A stretch of DNA of 63,806 nt, the filler included, from Reticulomyxa filosa (Eukaryota; Protista; Foraminifera), in the NCBI GenBank assembly GCA_000512085.1. It is 20 parts of 20 records of this genome, joined end to end, with 100 filler letters (N's around TTAATTAATTAA, not from the genome) between each part and the next. Parts side by side here need not be neighbours in the genome. Positions count along the whole stretch, not along the records: positions 35,815 to 44,044 come from ASPP01026691.1; positions 44,145 to 45,816 come from ASPP01003514.1; positions 45,917 to 48,944 come from ASPP01019470.1; positions 49,045 to 54,537 come from ASPP01009905.1; 16 more parts are not named here. One strand, given 5' to 3'. The notes beneath the pieces were generated by a model. The model was not told the DNA's origin, searched no databases, and saw only the letters and a list, made by a program, of their open reading frames with translations. Every line of letters begins with the position of its first letter. Positions within the stretch are counted from its first letter, which is position 1. Shown piece by piece: positions 39,357-51,783 of the stretch. The translations under genes and the position numbers were made by a program.

Positions 39357-40528
39357 TTACAGAAAATAATCAGGTCGATATGTTTGAAATGATTCGTGCT
39401 CTCCAGTAGAAGCAGAGTTGAATATTTTGAACGATGAATTCAGATGCACATCGACTTCCATAATAGACGCAACATTTCCACACCTGAAAAGAAAAAAAGA
39501 TTGAGAATAGACATTGGATGACGATCAAAAAGGAAAGGAGTGATACCTATAGCAGTAATTGGGAGCGGACCACACAGTGACAATAGATCCATCGAACATG
39601 TGTCGATAACCTTCCATGACCAGTTGATGAGCACGATAAATTGTATCCACTTTGTTGGTTCGGCAAAACTTTTGCACAACGGCTTTTCCAAATAAATAAC
39701 CCGCTCCTCGTGGGCTCACACCCCATCCATTTATCTCATCCGGATCAGACCACAGCAAATCACACATCGCACCACTATGCGGTATCTACACCTTGCCAAA
39801 AAAAAACCAAAAAAAATGGAGGCAGTTGTGCCATTTTGTCACAGACTCCAAAAAAAAAAAAGTACAACTTCTTGCTTTCGATCAATTACTCGAATTTGGT
39901 CCAATGTGTTAACCGAAGGTGAAAGACCTCCATGCACGCAAAACAGACGATCTCCAATCAGAGCGGACAAGGGCAGATTGTCGAATACCTCAGTGCAATA
40001 CCGCCATATATTGACATTTCCAAATTTTTTAATGCATTCATCATAAAGGCCTTGCACCTGGGTTATTTGACGGCTTTCGTGATTGCCTCGAATCAACGTG
40101 ATCCGATCAGGGTAACGGAGTTTCAATGCCAGCAAATACAAAAAGGTTTCTGCACTGTGATAACCTCGATTCACTAAATCTCCCATAAATAAATAATTGA
40201 AATTTGGAATTTCGCCTCCAACCTTGAACAATTCCAAGAGATCGTAAAATTGACCATGAATGTCCCCACATACCTATTTATTTAAACAATGTGAATATAC
40301 GTCATGCTACGAGAACTGCGTGAAAAATTTAACTATGACAGGAGGGTTGATTCGTTGAACATTTGATTCTTCCATTAGCACCTCAATCACTTTTCGGCAT
40401 AATACTTTCGCTTGAGATTCCGCTATGCACTTACCTTTTTGTAACTGCTCGATTTGCTTGTCCAAATCTTTATTTCCGTCATCTGTTGTTATCGTTTTAG
40501 ATTTGTCTATTTCAACTCCTTGAGCCAT
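39357..40528 (-). CDS. PPP4C: Serine/threonine protein phosphatase 4 catalytic subunit-like (PPP family), four exons
   Basis: [77 protein letters not shown] and C-terminal PDYFL* (TAA 39359-39357). Confidence 0.93.
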
Positions 40529-40883
40529 TGTTTATAGAGCAAATCAAAATTCTTGCTAAATAATGAAGAGAGTTTTTAGAAATGAAGTGCCTGGTCCAGG
40601 CATTGTGTTTGTGCTGTGCCTCTTTCGTGCAAACGTAAAAACTTAAAAAAATTTTTATCGGCCAAAAAGATTTGTTATTTGAGCAAATTAATAGAAAATA
40701 AAAGGAACAGTAAGTATAAAAAGAAAGAATGAAAAGATGAGATGTTTCCGAGTTTCCAACGTAGGATCTTGTTCTACATGTTTTATTGGCAATCATAAGC
40801 ACTTCTTATTGACTAGATCATTTGAAATAATGAAACAGATAACTTAAATTATTGTGATCTGTTAGTGCTCGAAGAATATAATA

Positions 40884-41811
40884 CAGTAGAATGCGAAAGA
40901 AAGTTGACATAAAATAGCACATTATATGATGATTGATTTTCTTCATGAAAAAACAACATCCAGAAAAAATATCTACAAATCGTGTAGTTTTTAAACATGT
41001 TTTGGTTTTTTATTAAATCTTTCTTAATTGTTAAAATTTGAATGTTTTTGATGTTTGAAAACTTTCGGGAAAAAGTTGACAACAGTGACTGTATAGTAAC
41101 TATGAAATTTGCCAACTTTTTTCAAGCGTTTTCAAAAAATGTTCCATTTGCATTAAAAAATAACAAGATTCCTCAATGGAAACGAAAAAAATTTGTTGAA
41201 AAATGTGTTAAAAAAAAATCATTAATAGAGTTAAAAAAACAAAAATAAATGACGGCAAAGTAATTTAGAATGTTATAATTTAAATAAGAGTTTTTAAATT
41301 TGATTTTTTAATTTTTTGTTTTTGACTTTTTTGCATATCTATTATTGCTCAAGCATTACTGGCAATAATAAAAGATAAATGTTACATAAAAATAAATCAA
41401 GAAAAATTTCAAAAGATTTTTTCCCAAAATAACTGTCATTTTGGTTATTGTGGTCATTCAGAGAATAAAAAAGAACATAAAGAATAAATGTAATAAAAGC
41501 CGCAAATGTAAAAAGAAATAACTATAATACAAAATAAAATGTACAAGGGCAACCAAACAACAAAAATGGCAAAAATTTTCAAAAAACTTAAAATAAGCAA
41601 TTCTTTTAAAAAACAAAAATTCTGTCGAAAAAAGGATTTAAATTTTTAAACAATTAGGAAAGACGTAATAAAAAACCAAAATCATATTTAAAACCTACAC
41701 GATTCGTAGATATTTTTCAAAAAAAATTAGGAATGAATGTTGTTTTTCATCAAGAAAATCAATCTATATAATGTGTTATTTTAGGTATCAACTTTCTTTT
41801 GCATTCTACTG
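40884..41811. mobile_element. Non-autonomous DNA transposon (MITE/foldback) with ~170-190-bp terminal inverted repeats, Tc1/mariner-like ends
   Basis: Left arm 40884-41050 (CAGTAGAATGCGAAAGAAAGTTGAC...) is the imperfect reverse complement of right arm 41625-41811 (...CAACTTTCTTTTGCATTCTACTG). Flanked by TA on the left and TG on the right. No transposase ORF. Confidence 0.75.
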
Positions 41812-42136
41812 TGTTTATCAAAAGAAATGTTGTAGTAATAAGAAGCGTTCAAACTTTCATACACAATTGTGTTTCTCTAAATAAGGACACAAGTCATTCA
41901 AATTTTTGTAAAATTCTTTTGGTGTATTTGAATTATATTAAGTATGCCCACAAATAAAAACAAAAAACAAGAATTGGCTGATTTGTATCAAAAAATCCAA
42001 AACACAGACAATAATTTTTCACAATATATGAAGAATTTTATTTCTTCATCAACACAAACTTCTTAAAGAACAATTTATACACTTCAAATAAGTTCACGTA
42101 TCTTATAGAATGCCCTGGGTGTTCTTTCAGCCACTG

Positions 42137-44006
42137 TTAGAATGATACCTTGTTCGGATTGCATACATTGGTAGTAAATGGCGCGTTATTAGTTTTAATT
42201 TGACCAGGAAAAGATAAATGACTCAAATGTTTGGGCTCAGATTTAGGAATGGGCACAGGAACGCGTTGCTGTCCAGTCAGCGTTTCGTCACTATCTTTTG
42301 TAAAGATCCAAAGCAAATTTTCATATTTGGTGAGCATAAAAAAGACACGCTACAAACAGTGCAATTTAAACAACAAAAAACTAAAGAAAGTGTGTCAGAA
42401 GTTGAGAAAAAATTAGTTGACTTGGATTAACGGAGGGGTCGCTTTTTTTTGTCGGCAAAAATTGTCGTGTGAGTATTTTTCTTGGTCTTGGTGGCAATTC
42501 CAAGTAACCATCAACACCTGACGAATCCTATCAATCAAAGTTCCCCCCCCCGCCCCCCATTGCACAAATAAATCTTTTATTGTGATTAATTTTTAAATCT
42601 TTAGAAATTGGTGTGCAGATGCATACCTTGGCAACAAAAATCTGGCATGATTCCTTGTAGGTGTGATCATGAGCAGTCATTACGGGAGGTGCTAAAAAGC
42701 ACACAAGCTAACGCGATTACGCAAGTATGTATGTAGACACCATGTACACGGATTTGAACATACCGCTGTTTGTAGTCGAGTTCACAGAAAGAGTTTCGTC
42801 AATTGTAAGTTTTTTTGAAATGCTGGCGCAGGTTCGCATTTGAGTTTGACCTGCTGTCGTTAGGGGTGTTTGTGGATCAAATGACTGGGGGTTGTGTTTG
42901 TTGTCGCCAGTGGCGAGCACGTGGTTTTGGTTACATGTACTTTGGCACTGTTTCAACTCTTTCACGATGCTATGTAATGTCATAATCTCATTTTGCTGTG
43001 TCTGTACTTGCTGCACCAACAACAAGATTTGCTTGTTTTGAACTTGCAATGTGTCAAGCAGCTTGTTTCTGGACTCTTCGTTTTTTGAGTGTTCGACTTG
43101 CATTTCTTGATAGCAGCGCTCGATGCGCAAGTTTATCGTGTTTAGTATCTCTTGCATATTGTATGTGGACGCCTGTTGGTCCATCACGTATGCATTCGTA
43201 TCATTGTTATTATTGTTGTTATTGTTGTTGGTTTCACTTTCGTTTCGAACACTGTTTGCACTTTTGTTTTGAGCATGCAACATGTCGTTGCCACTCTTGT
43301 TTGCAATTGCGTTGCTTTTTGCATTGCGATTGTCCTTGCCATTGCACTCCTGGTTCGGAGTGGATGGTTTTATATCACCGTCCGTGTTCTTGCCGCTGTC
43401 AGCGTTTGAACGGCTTTTTCCAGTTTTGTTGTCGAAACTGTTGCTAGCAGACGACATTGCTTTCGCTACTTTGTTTCTTTGACGGACTGTGTCCTGACGT
43501 GCGTCGGAGTGATCGGCACACCACACACGGTCGCAAACATCTCCCTTGTCAGGTTCCATTCCTTGGCAATTGTGTGAGTCATTGGAATTGGAATGGGGAT
43601 TGAGATTGGAATTACGCAGAGTTTCGGCAACGGAGTTTTTGGAAAAAGAATGACGAATAGGTGAGCTACGTTTTTCCAGTGAGTATACTTCCTTTTCTAA
43701 TGACGACAGTTTTTTAATCAAACATTTCAATCCATGGCCTTCAGTATTTCGAATGGACAGACTATGTTCACTCTTTTCTTTATTCTCCTTTTCGGATATG
43801 TCGTCTGCACTGTCATCTACAGCTGAGCCACTCTCGTAGCCATCTTCCAAAGACCATTGGCTGTCGTTGTCGGTTAGTGTATTGTTCTGATTGTTCTCCG
43901 GTCTTGGCAGGTTACGATCATCCAATGGCATGTTTTCAGCTGAGTCCTGCTTTTGAATATGCTGTTGGCTCTTTTCATGAGTTAATTGCTCTGAGGCCTC
44001 TGCCAT
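42137..44006 (-). CDS. Hypothetical N/S/Q-rich protein with coiled coil, multi-exon
   Basis: 429-aa exon with poly-Asn and coiled coil (LLDTLQVQNKQILLLVQQVQTQQNEIMTLHSIVKELK), then small GT-AG exons to TAA at 42137. 5' truncated. Confidence 0.7.
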
Positions 44007-44144
44007 ACGTTGCTTTTGATCTTTTTTTTTTTTTTTTTTTTTTTNNNNNNNNNNNNNNNNNNNNNNNNNNNNNNNNNNNNNNNNNNNNTTAATTAATTAA
44101 NNNNNNNNNNNNNNNNNNNNNNNNNNNNNNNNNNNNNNNNNNNN

Positions 44145-45020
44145 AAACGACGTATAATGTTGAACTTTGGAATTGGGAAAAATAGACAATACCGTACATT
44201 GGAAACGATACGAAAGGAGATGACGTATACGGCATTCGAGTTAGAAAAGAATACCTAAAGATACCATTGAGCAATGAGAACTCCAACTGCGTTTGTAATT
44301 ATTTGTCAAATGCCATCGATATAAAAGGTATGGTAGAACAAATGAACAAAACAAACTTCAATAATTGTGATATTTTTTTTTGAAAAAAAGACCTGGACAG
44401 TGGCATATTTGTGCGAAACCACGTAATCGAGATGGAGACATAGCAAAATTTCGCAGCCCACGTTTCGACCAAGGCGACACGAAACTTGAACAGGACTAAT
44501 GGACGGCAACAATTCCTTGTGTCGAATGCGAGCTTTACTTTCAATGGCACTTCTTCAATCAAGCATTTCGTTATTTTAGACGATTGAACTGACTTGAAGG
44601 AAGTTTCCATTGAAAAGTTCGTCCCTAGAGCTACCGTTTTGATTAAGGCCTTGCCTATATCAGGGCATTTCATTTTTTGAATCCGAATGGCTTGGTTTTT
44701 GGTAGCCGGACAATTTGATCGTATCACAGCGACGATATATTTGGGAGGCGAGAGTGGAGTATAATGCAATCGACTGTGGCACTGACGTTGACCACGTATC
44801 TACCAAACGCATTGAAGATATTCATTGCAATATTTTGCCAAATGATGGATCGACATTTGAACCGCCGATTCAACTATCAACTGGTACGATGTTGCGTTTT
44901 GCGACAAATGACGAAGCTCTTCTGCGCACATCCAATCAAATTCCTCGAATACAGCAACGGTATCCAAATATTGTCGCATACAACACCAGTCCAATATCTA
45001 AACCAATTGGCCAATAAATA
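44145..45020 (+). pseudogene. Degraded large-protein pseudogene (possibly RNF213/mysterin-like C-terminal region)
   Basis: Coding-like composition with overlapping short ORFs in shifting frames. The family guess rests on weak motif resemblance only. Confidence 0.35.
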
Positions 45021-46353
45021 GAAAAATATGGAATGCGTCGTTGTCGTCATTGGGTATTGTCACATCAATCAAGCAACTTTCATTGGGGGGGGGACGCATT
45101 GTGTGATGTTGGTTATTTGAGGATGCGCAAAGTCGCCAATCGTAGATGTGAATAGTCATTCCATAACAAGGTAAAGTCGACATACTAATCTCTCCTTGTT
45201 TTAAAATAAATCAAATGCGGTATGTCCATAGAATACTTTTTTTTTCTTTATCCACTTCCTCCTTCTCATAATCATTATCTTCTTCTTGTTCTTTGTCTTC
45301 CAGTCCAGTAGCTGCCGCAGTAATATCAACTACAAAGTCCATCAGCCGTCGTCGCCCTTGTGATTATGGACGCACCTTAGTCTTGTCGAATGGGCGCAAG
45401 CATTTCCAAAAAAAGACTATTATCCAACGCTTGAATATGCGACAACGAGCGATAGTGTCAATCTTTTTTTTCCTTCAGTCTTGGGCTGTTAGTTGTTGTC
45501 GGTTTGCGTTGGATTTTATTGCATAAGAACCTTTGGCACAAGCAAAAATCAAGTTGAAAAAGTTTTTTTTGTGTACATAACATCTTCATATGTATGTATG
45601 TCGTATGTGTTGTTTCAAATTTTGGATAGATATTTAAAGGCGGACATGGACGTACACTGCATAAGTTTGGATTCCATATGTGCGAGTTATCGCAATTTTC
45701 ATTGCTATTGATCTGTGATGAGTCTCCAATAATGATTGCAATAATGATAGAGCGGCGTGCATCGAATACGTGTTATGGTATTGCGCTTTGAATTGCGTAT
45801 ACTTTGAAAAAAAAAANNNNNNNNNNNNNNNNNNNNNNNNNNNNNNNNNNNNNNNNNNNNTTAATTAATTAANNNNNNNNNNNNNNNNNNNNNNNNNNNN
45901 NNNNNNNNNNNNNNNNTTCACTTCAATTAAGTTAATAGAGTTTTTATCTGCATTTCCTCACAAAATTTGTTAATGTATTGGCAAAATTGAGTTTTTTCCT
46001 TGTGAAAGGAAGTTTTTTCAGAATTATACCATTTGCAAACAATATCTTACACCTATAGCCATATTATGTAGTGTCAAAAAAGAGAATTTAAAAACATCTC
46101 AATTTGGAACAATTTGCTCAAAAAATTTGTTATCTTCTCATTGAAAAGAAACTACAAGTATTGTTCAATTTTATTTCTTCATGTTGAACACCTTTTATTG
46201 ATATCGCAAGATATCTAATTAATTATCAAACGTTGATAAGGATCTTAAAAATCAACTTTGGATATATCAGAGAATTCCTGACGACAAATACAGTGCAGAA
46301 TATTTGAACGTCGCCAAGGGGAAAAAAAATAATAATTTAGAAAAAATTTAAGT

Positions 46354-48093
46354 ATGTCTGAGCCCAACCAAGAAAAGGAATATGATGATAAGCTTGATAA
46401 AGATCTAAATGCGGATCTGGAAGCAACTGAAATAGGGGCTGGTGCAGGAACAAGCAAATTACCGAAGCAAAAACTAAAAAAATGGTCAGAGTTGAAAGAC
46501 CAATCGGATGCAAACATGACAAAGGCATTGGAAGAGGCAAAACAAACGAATGAAAAGATTGAGCGTGTTGCAAAAAACACGGATCAGATGATGGCTCAAA
46601 TCCATAGTTTCTTGTGTTTAATTATTAGTAATTTATTAATGTTTTGACATTTATCAAAAAAAAAAAAAAAAAAAAAAAAGAAGATAAGCAATCGATTAGA
46701 AGACCCTTTCAAACGAAGTGAGCGTGCAAAAAAAAGAAAAGAAGAGCGATTGCAAAAAAGAGCAAAGCAACACACAGAGCGACTGAGATCGTCGATAATT
46801 CATTGGGCAAAGAGATATTTGCACATCATTGAGACATTTGAAAAAGAGAATGAGCAAATGAAACATCCTTCACACATTAACGACCAATTGCACGAAATTT
46901 CACAACGTTTGGAATACTTGGGAGCAAACATATCAAAACTGATTCCGGAACAGAAAGTGATTATAATTGAAACGCAAGAAGAAATCGATTTGAACGAAAT
47001 TACCATTGAAATGCATCACTTGATCGAGGACGAACACGACGAAGATAACGAATATTATAACGAATTGGAGGATCTTGAACATGAAAGTGCAAATGAAAAT
47101 ACAAATGATAATATAAGTGAAAATATAAATGAAAATATAAATGAAAACACAAATGACAATATAAAAACCAATGAAAATGTTTCTGTTTCATCATCTACTG
47201 ATAAGAAAACAGAACAAGATATTTGCTCTTATCCATCACTCTATCTTCGTTCCAAAAGTGACATCACACATGACTCCAATTATTCTTCTTCTTATCCATC
47301 TGTCGCAACAAGTAATTTATATATGTATACATATATATATATGTATACAATGTATGCATATATAATTACAAATGGAAACTGTTTTGAGTTAGGTGTGACA
47401 AATAGATCAAACCAATGATAATAGCTCACATGCTAATATATCGCAATTGAAAACGCCAATGAAATCTACTGCCCTGGAATCCTCTCATTCATCTACCTCA
47501 GTGTTTGCATATCCCTCGTTATATCGCACAGACATGCAATCCCGCTGGGTCGATCCACATCAGCTCACCTCTTCTACACACAAACCGACATCCAACTCTA
47601 TTGCTCCGGGTATTCACACTCCAGTGCAATACACTCAGCCAAGTTTTGTTTTTCTCTCAAACACATGCAAGAAACAGATCATTTTTGATATAAACAATAA
47701 CAAAAAGTCATTGATGATTCAAATCGCCAGTCACAACACAAAAATGAACCAAACGCATCCGACTCAAACCAATCTAACTTAAGAAACATGTATCCAAATA
47801 TCTATCACAATAATCGTTCATCAAATACAAGTACAAATACAAATACAAATGAAAATGCCAATGCAAATGCAAGTGGAAATGCTAACAAAAACATAAACAC
47901 AAACGCAAATGCAAATGCAAATGCAAATACAAATACAAATACAAATGGTAAATCAAATGAAAGTAAGGCATACCCCAGCATATCTCCTCGACCTACTTCA
48001 ACCAATCCGCCATTGAGCACAAACCAAAATGACTACGACGATCTACTTGATGACTTAGATGATGTGGATGAACAAGAGATCTATCAAGTATAA
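46354..48093 (+). CDS. Coiled-coil protein with disordered tail carrying repeated YPS(L/V/I) motifs, multi-exon
   Basis: ORFs 46354, 46750, 47447 and 47788 joinable by GT-AG introns (e.g. 47643-47707). N/T/A dipeptide repeats and an acidic C-terminus. Confidence 0.7.
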
Positions 48094-48357
48094 AATCTGT
48101 TTTTGCAACAATCACAGACATTTTTTCTTCTTCTACTTTACATTGGCTTTTTTTCCCTTCATTTGAATGTACTTGAACTATTCAAATGTTACACTGTTTT
48201 TTGTTTTATGTTATATTCAACTTAAAGAAAATCGAATTAGTTTCACATTTTAAGTAAATTTGTCAAAATTGCAGTGTTCAACATCCCTTATTTCGTTTTT
48301 AGAAAGGGGGAAAAATTCTTTTTTTTTTTTAAATAAATTGGATAAAAATATTGAGCT

Positions 48358-48927
48358 ATGAAGAATTGGCTGCCACAATTCCTTTGGTCTCTGTTACTCA
48401 TAGAAGTGGCTGTGGCCTATTTGGGTTCACTTTTGACACCCTCAAATCCAGTGACAGTAAAAGACGCAGCCTCAAACTCTAAAAACTATTATCGAGTTGA
48501 CACCAGATCAGCAACAAAAAGCTTGCACATTTTTGTTGTTCCAGATGGAAACAACGACCCAGACTGTAATGGCCATATTTCTTTATTCTTGATATTCGAC
48601 ATATCTTTGTTCACTTTTGTGACAAAAATTTCTTTGATGAAACATGCAACGTGATGAGCATAGATACATATGTGTATAAATACATCTGCGAATCGCAATG
48701 GACAACACAAACAAACAAATAAACAAAAAAAAGTATTTGTAAGTTGGAATAGCAGTAATCTATATCCGAATCCCCGTAATTACAGTGCCAAGTCGATTCA
48801 CACTGGAACAGATTCAGTGACAGTGTTGAAAGAGCAATATCAGCGATCTGATGGCTATGTATATATCTCCGTTTACAATTGGTTCGCTTCAGGAGAATAT
48901 ACCATTTATGCACAATTTGATGGTTAA
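48358..48927 (+). CDS. Secreted protein with pre-peptidase C-terminal (PPC)-like domain, 5' part
   Basis: Signal-like MKNWLPQFLWSLLLIEVAVA. Intron 48566-48733 yields NDPDLFVS...YP...Y..KS..TGTDSVTV...GYVYISVY....EYTIYA, a PPC beta-sandwich pattern. Confidence 0.7.
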
Positions 48928-49044
48928 CATTTTGCACTCTTTCANNNNNNNNNNNNNNNNNNNNNNNNNNNNNNNNNNNNNNNNNNNNTTAATTAATTAA
49001 NNNNNNNNNNNNNNNNNNNNNNNNNNNNNNNNNNNNNNNNNNNN

Positions 49045-49075
<31 letters not shown>

Positions 49076-49308
49076 CTTAGTAGGTCACTGAAATAACTAA
49101 TCCTCACATTTTTGGAAATTAAATGTTGTATTTTTATAATACATTTATGCACATAAACTATTTTTATTTTGTTTGGCCAAGTTTTTCTTTCCCTCAAGTT
49201 GTAGTGTAGCTTGTGAAGGGGTCGAAAGGGGTTGGCACTTTTACATAGAGGGACTCACATTTGCCTTGTATGTACAAATATTTAACGTGTGGTGTTGATG
49301 TTTGTAGA

Positions 49309-49857
49309 CAAGGAACGGACGTATCGAACTTGGCATCATTGAATTTGGAAAAAGACGATCAATCGAAAGGGCGTACAAATTCTGTTGTCATATCCATGAA
49401 TCACGCGCGAAATCAGTCTTTGATGAACATGTTCCAGAAAAATGATAATTCAGGTACCGCTCAAACGCTGATTAAAAGACACAATCAATTGAAGGGCATA
49501 ATGCAAAAGTGCGTCGATTTTGTAATGACCAAGAAAAATTACAAAATTATCAAAGTTAACTCCGGATATTTGTCAATTTTCTGTACATGATGACTACATT
49601 TTCATAAATAACTCATCACAAAAAAAAAAAAAAAAAAAAAAATGTGTGCAATGACATAGTCAAAAGGAGAATTTCAAAATGTCAAAAAGAAACTTGAATA
49701 ACTCGATGTTCGATTGAGAAATGTCAAAAATGCGTTGGATAGGAAGGATAACGTGGACGTGTCTGACTGTAAGGCCCAACTGTTTTCAGTTGCAGCTGAT
49801 TTAGATGCATTAAAACAAATGCTCACTGCTCTCGTAAGACAGCAAAAAGAATTGTAA
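49309..49857 (+). pseudogene. 3' exons of a coiled-coil gene with an internal TAA
   Basis: Last exon reads SKGEFQNVKKKLE*LDVRLRNVKNAL...LKQMLTALVRQQKEL*. TAA at 49699-49701 interrupts a continuing heptad frame. Confidence 0.5.
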
Positions 49858-51783
49858 ACTTAAATCTTTTGTCAGTATCACTTCATCATTAATCTTGAAA
49901 TGTGAGTTGAGGTGTAAGATTTGTTGTTTTTGTTTTGTGTAGTTAGAATTGCAATTTGTCATGTTTCATGTACACTAATACAAATCTTGATAACTAGTAA
50001 AAAATAGCGACTCTTTCAATATAGGAGATTTTGAAAATTCACTGTCTCTAAGTGTTCCTCCAAAAATATCGTTCCAAAGTTTAAATCGAAACAAACATCA
50101 TATAAGCACAAATACTTTTTGAAAAGTTTCACACAAGCTCTTTGTCACGCCAAAAAAAAAGTCGAAAAATGAAAGAAGTTTTCTTGTTTTGTCGCTAGGG
50201 GTCGTTATTTTTTTTGTTCTTTGTTTTTTCTTTTGTTCAGTTGTTTTGAAAGTATATAGATAGATGGAAGGTGTCTTTCTTTTTCTTCCTGGTGCCTAAT
50301 TGTTCGTGACTTTGTTAAAGTTTAGTGACGGACCAAAAAAAGAACACGACTTGTTTTTGTTTTGATTTTTTTAATGATGACATGCCTGCTGTAGTTCACA
50401 AAAGATCTGTGGTTGCTTTTAAAAAAAGCAATATGAGCAAAATTTTTTTTTAAGAATAAATTTCACATCGCGCATGGTCAGGTGACGCTAAAAAACAGTT
50501 TTTAAAATTGTTTGGCCAGAAACCACCTGGAGCTTGTAGTCAATGTGGGGATATCAAAATTTTATCTGATCATCTTCTTTTTATCAACAATTTTTTTTTA
50601 ATTTTAAATATTTTGTTTGTTTTACTTTGTTTCAAATATAGCGCAAATTCAGAAGAAAAAAAAAATGCAATTGAATTTATGTAAATTAGTGCGATTGTAT
50701 TTTTTTTACTTGTACTTTTTTTATTTAAATTTTTAATTTTTTCAAAGTGTAAAAAATTGTTTAGACTTTCGCATTTTTTTTGATAAATAATTACAAAGCG
50801 ATAAATTTATTCTTAACTTGTTTTGTTTAACTAGAAAAATAAATTGAAAATATAAAAATAATCAATGTTAGTTTGACCGAAAAGACATCCTTTCTATAAA
50901 GTCACAAAGGTTTTATGCAAGGTAATTTGTTTGATATTGATAATCTGTTAAGTTAGAATTGGGAAAAATAAACAAATAAAAATCGCAAAGTTGGACACGT
51001 TCAAAGAATAATATATTAGTTTTAATAAAAGAGAAAATAGTAAAAATGAATTAGTGCGATGATTTACGCAAATATATTCGAAGACATGACTAAATCATAA
51101 GTTTTCGAGTATATCTAACGAATTAAAATTTTCGTGAACATTGAACAGATGTGAATTATGGTTGGAGCGATCCAGGTTAATCAAAATTTGTGTGAACTCT
51201 ACAACATTGAGAAAAGCAAATCGATTGGAGAAGGCCTGAATTGGAAATATCAATGTTTGAAGTAAGCATATATAATAACAAGTTAAAAAAGTTTGATGTA
51301 CTTGTTTTTGTTTTAATTAATAGCCAAGTAAAATAATCCGATAGTTGTAAGCATAACAAAAATTTTTCTTAATTTCATTGATTTTTTGTACTGTATTAAG
51401 TATTCATTAATTACAATTACATCACAATATTAATCGAAAGAAAATGATTCAAATTGATAGTAAGACATTGACTGTTTCAAAACAAGGACATCAAATATAT
51501 AAATGGCTCATCTACCTTTAATTCAGTAACGAGAAAAATTTTTGCGTTGAATTCTTTTCAATAAAAAAAACGTATTTGAACAATTGTCACTAGCAAGAAA
51601 AAGTTAGCTGTTTCAATAATAGTTAATTTGTAAAGATTCTAAAGACATGTTAGGTTGCGTTATTATTGTTTTTGTTCTTGATGATCAAAACCATAAAAAC
51701 GAACAAAAATTGTGTCCAGAAATCAAATAAATAGAGAAATAAAATTTTTTACTTTGATTTTTTCATAAAGAAATTGCATTTTT

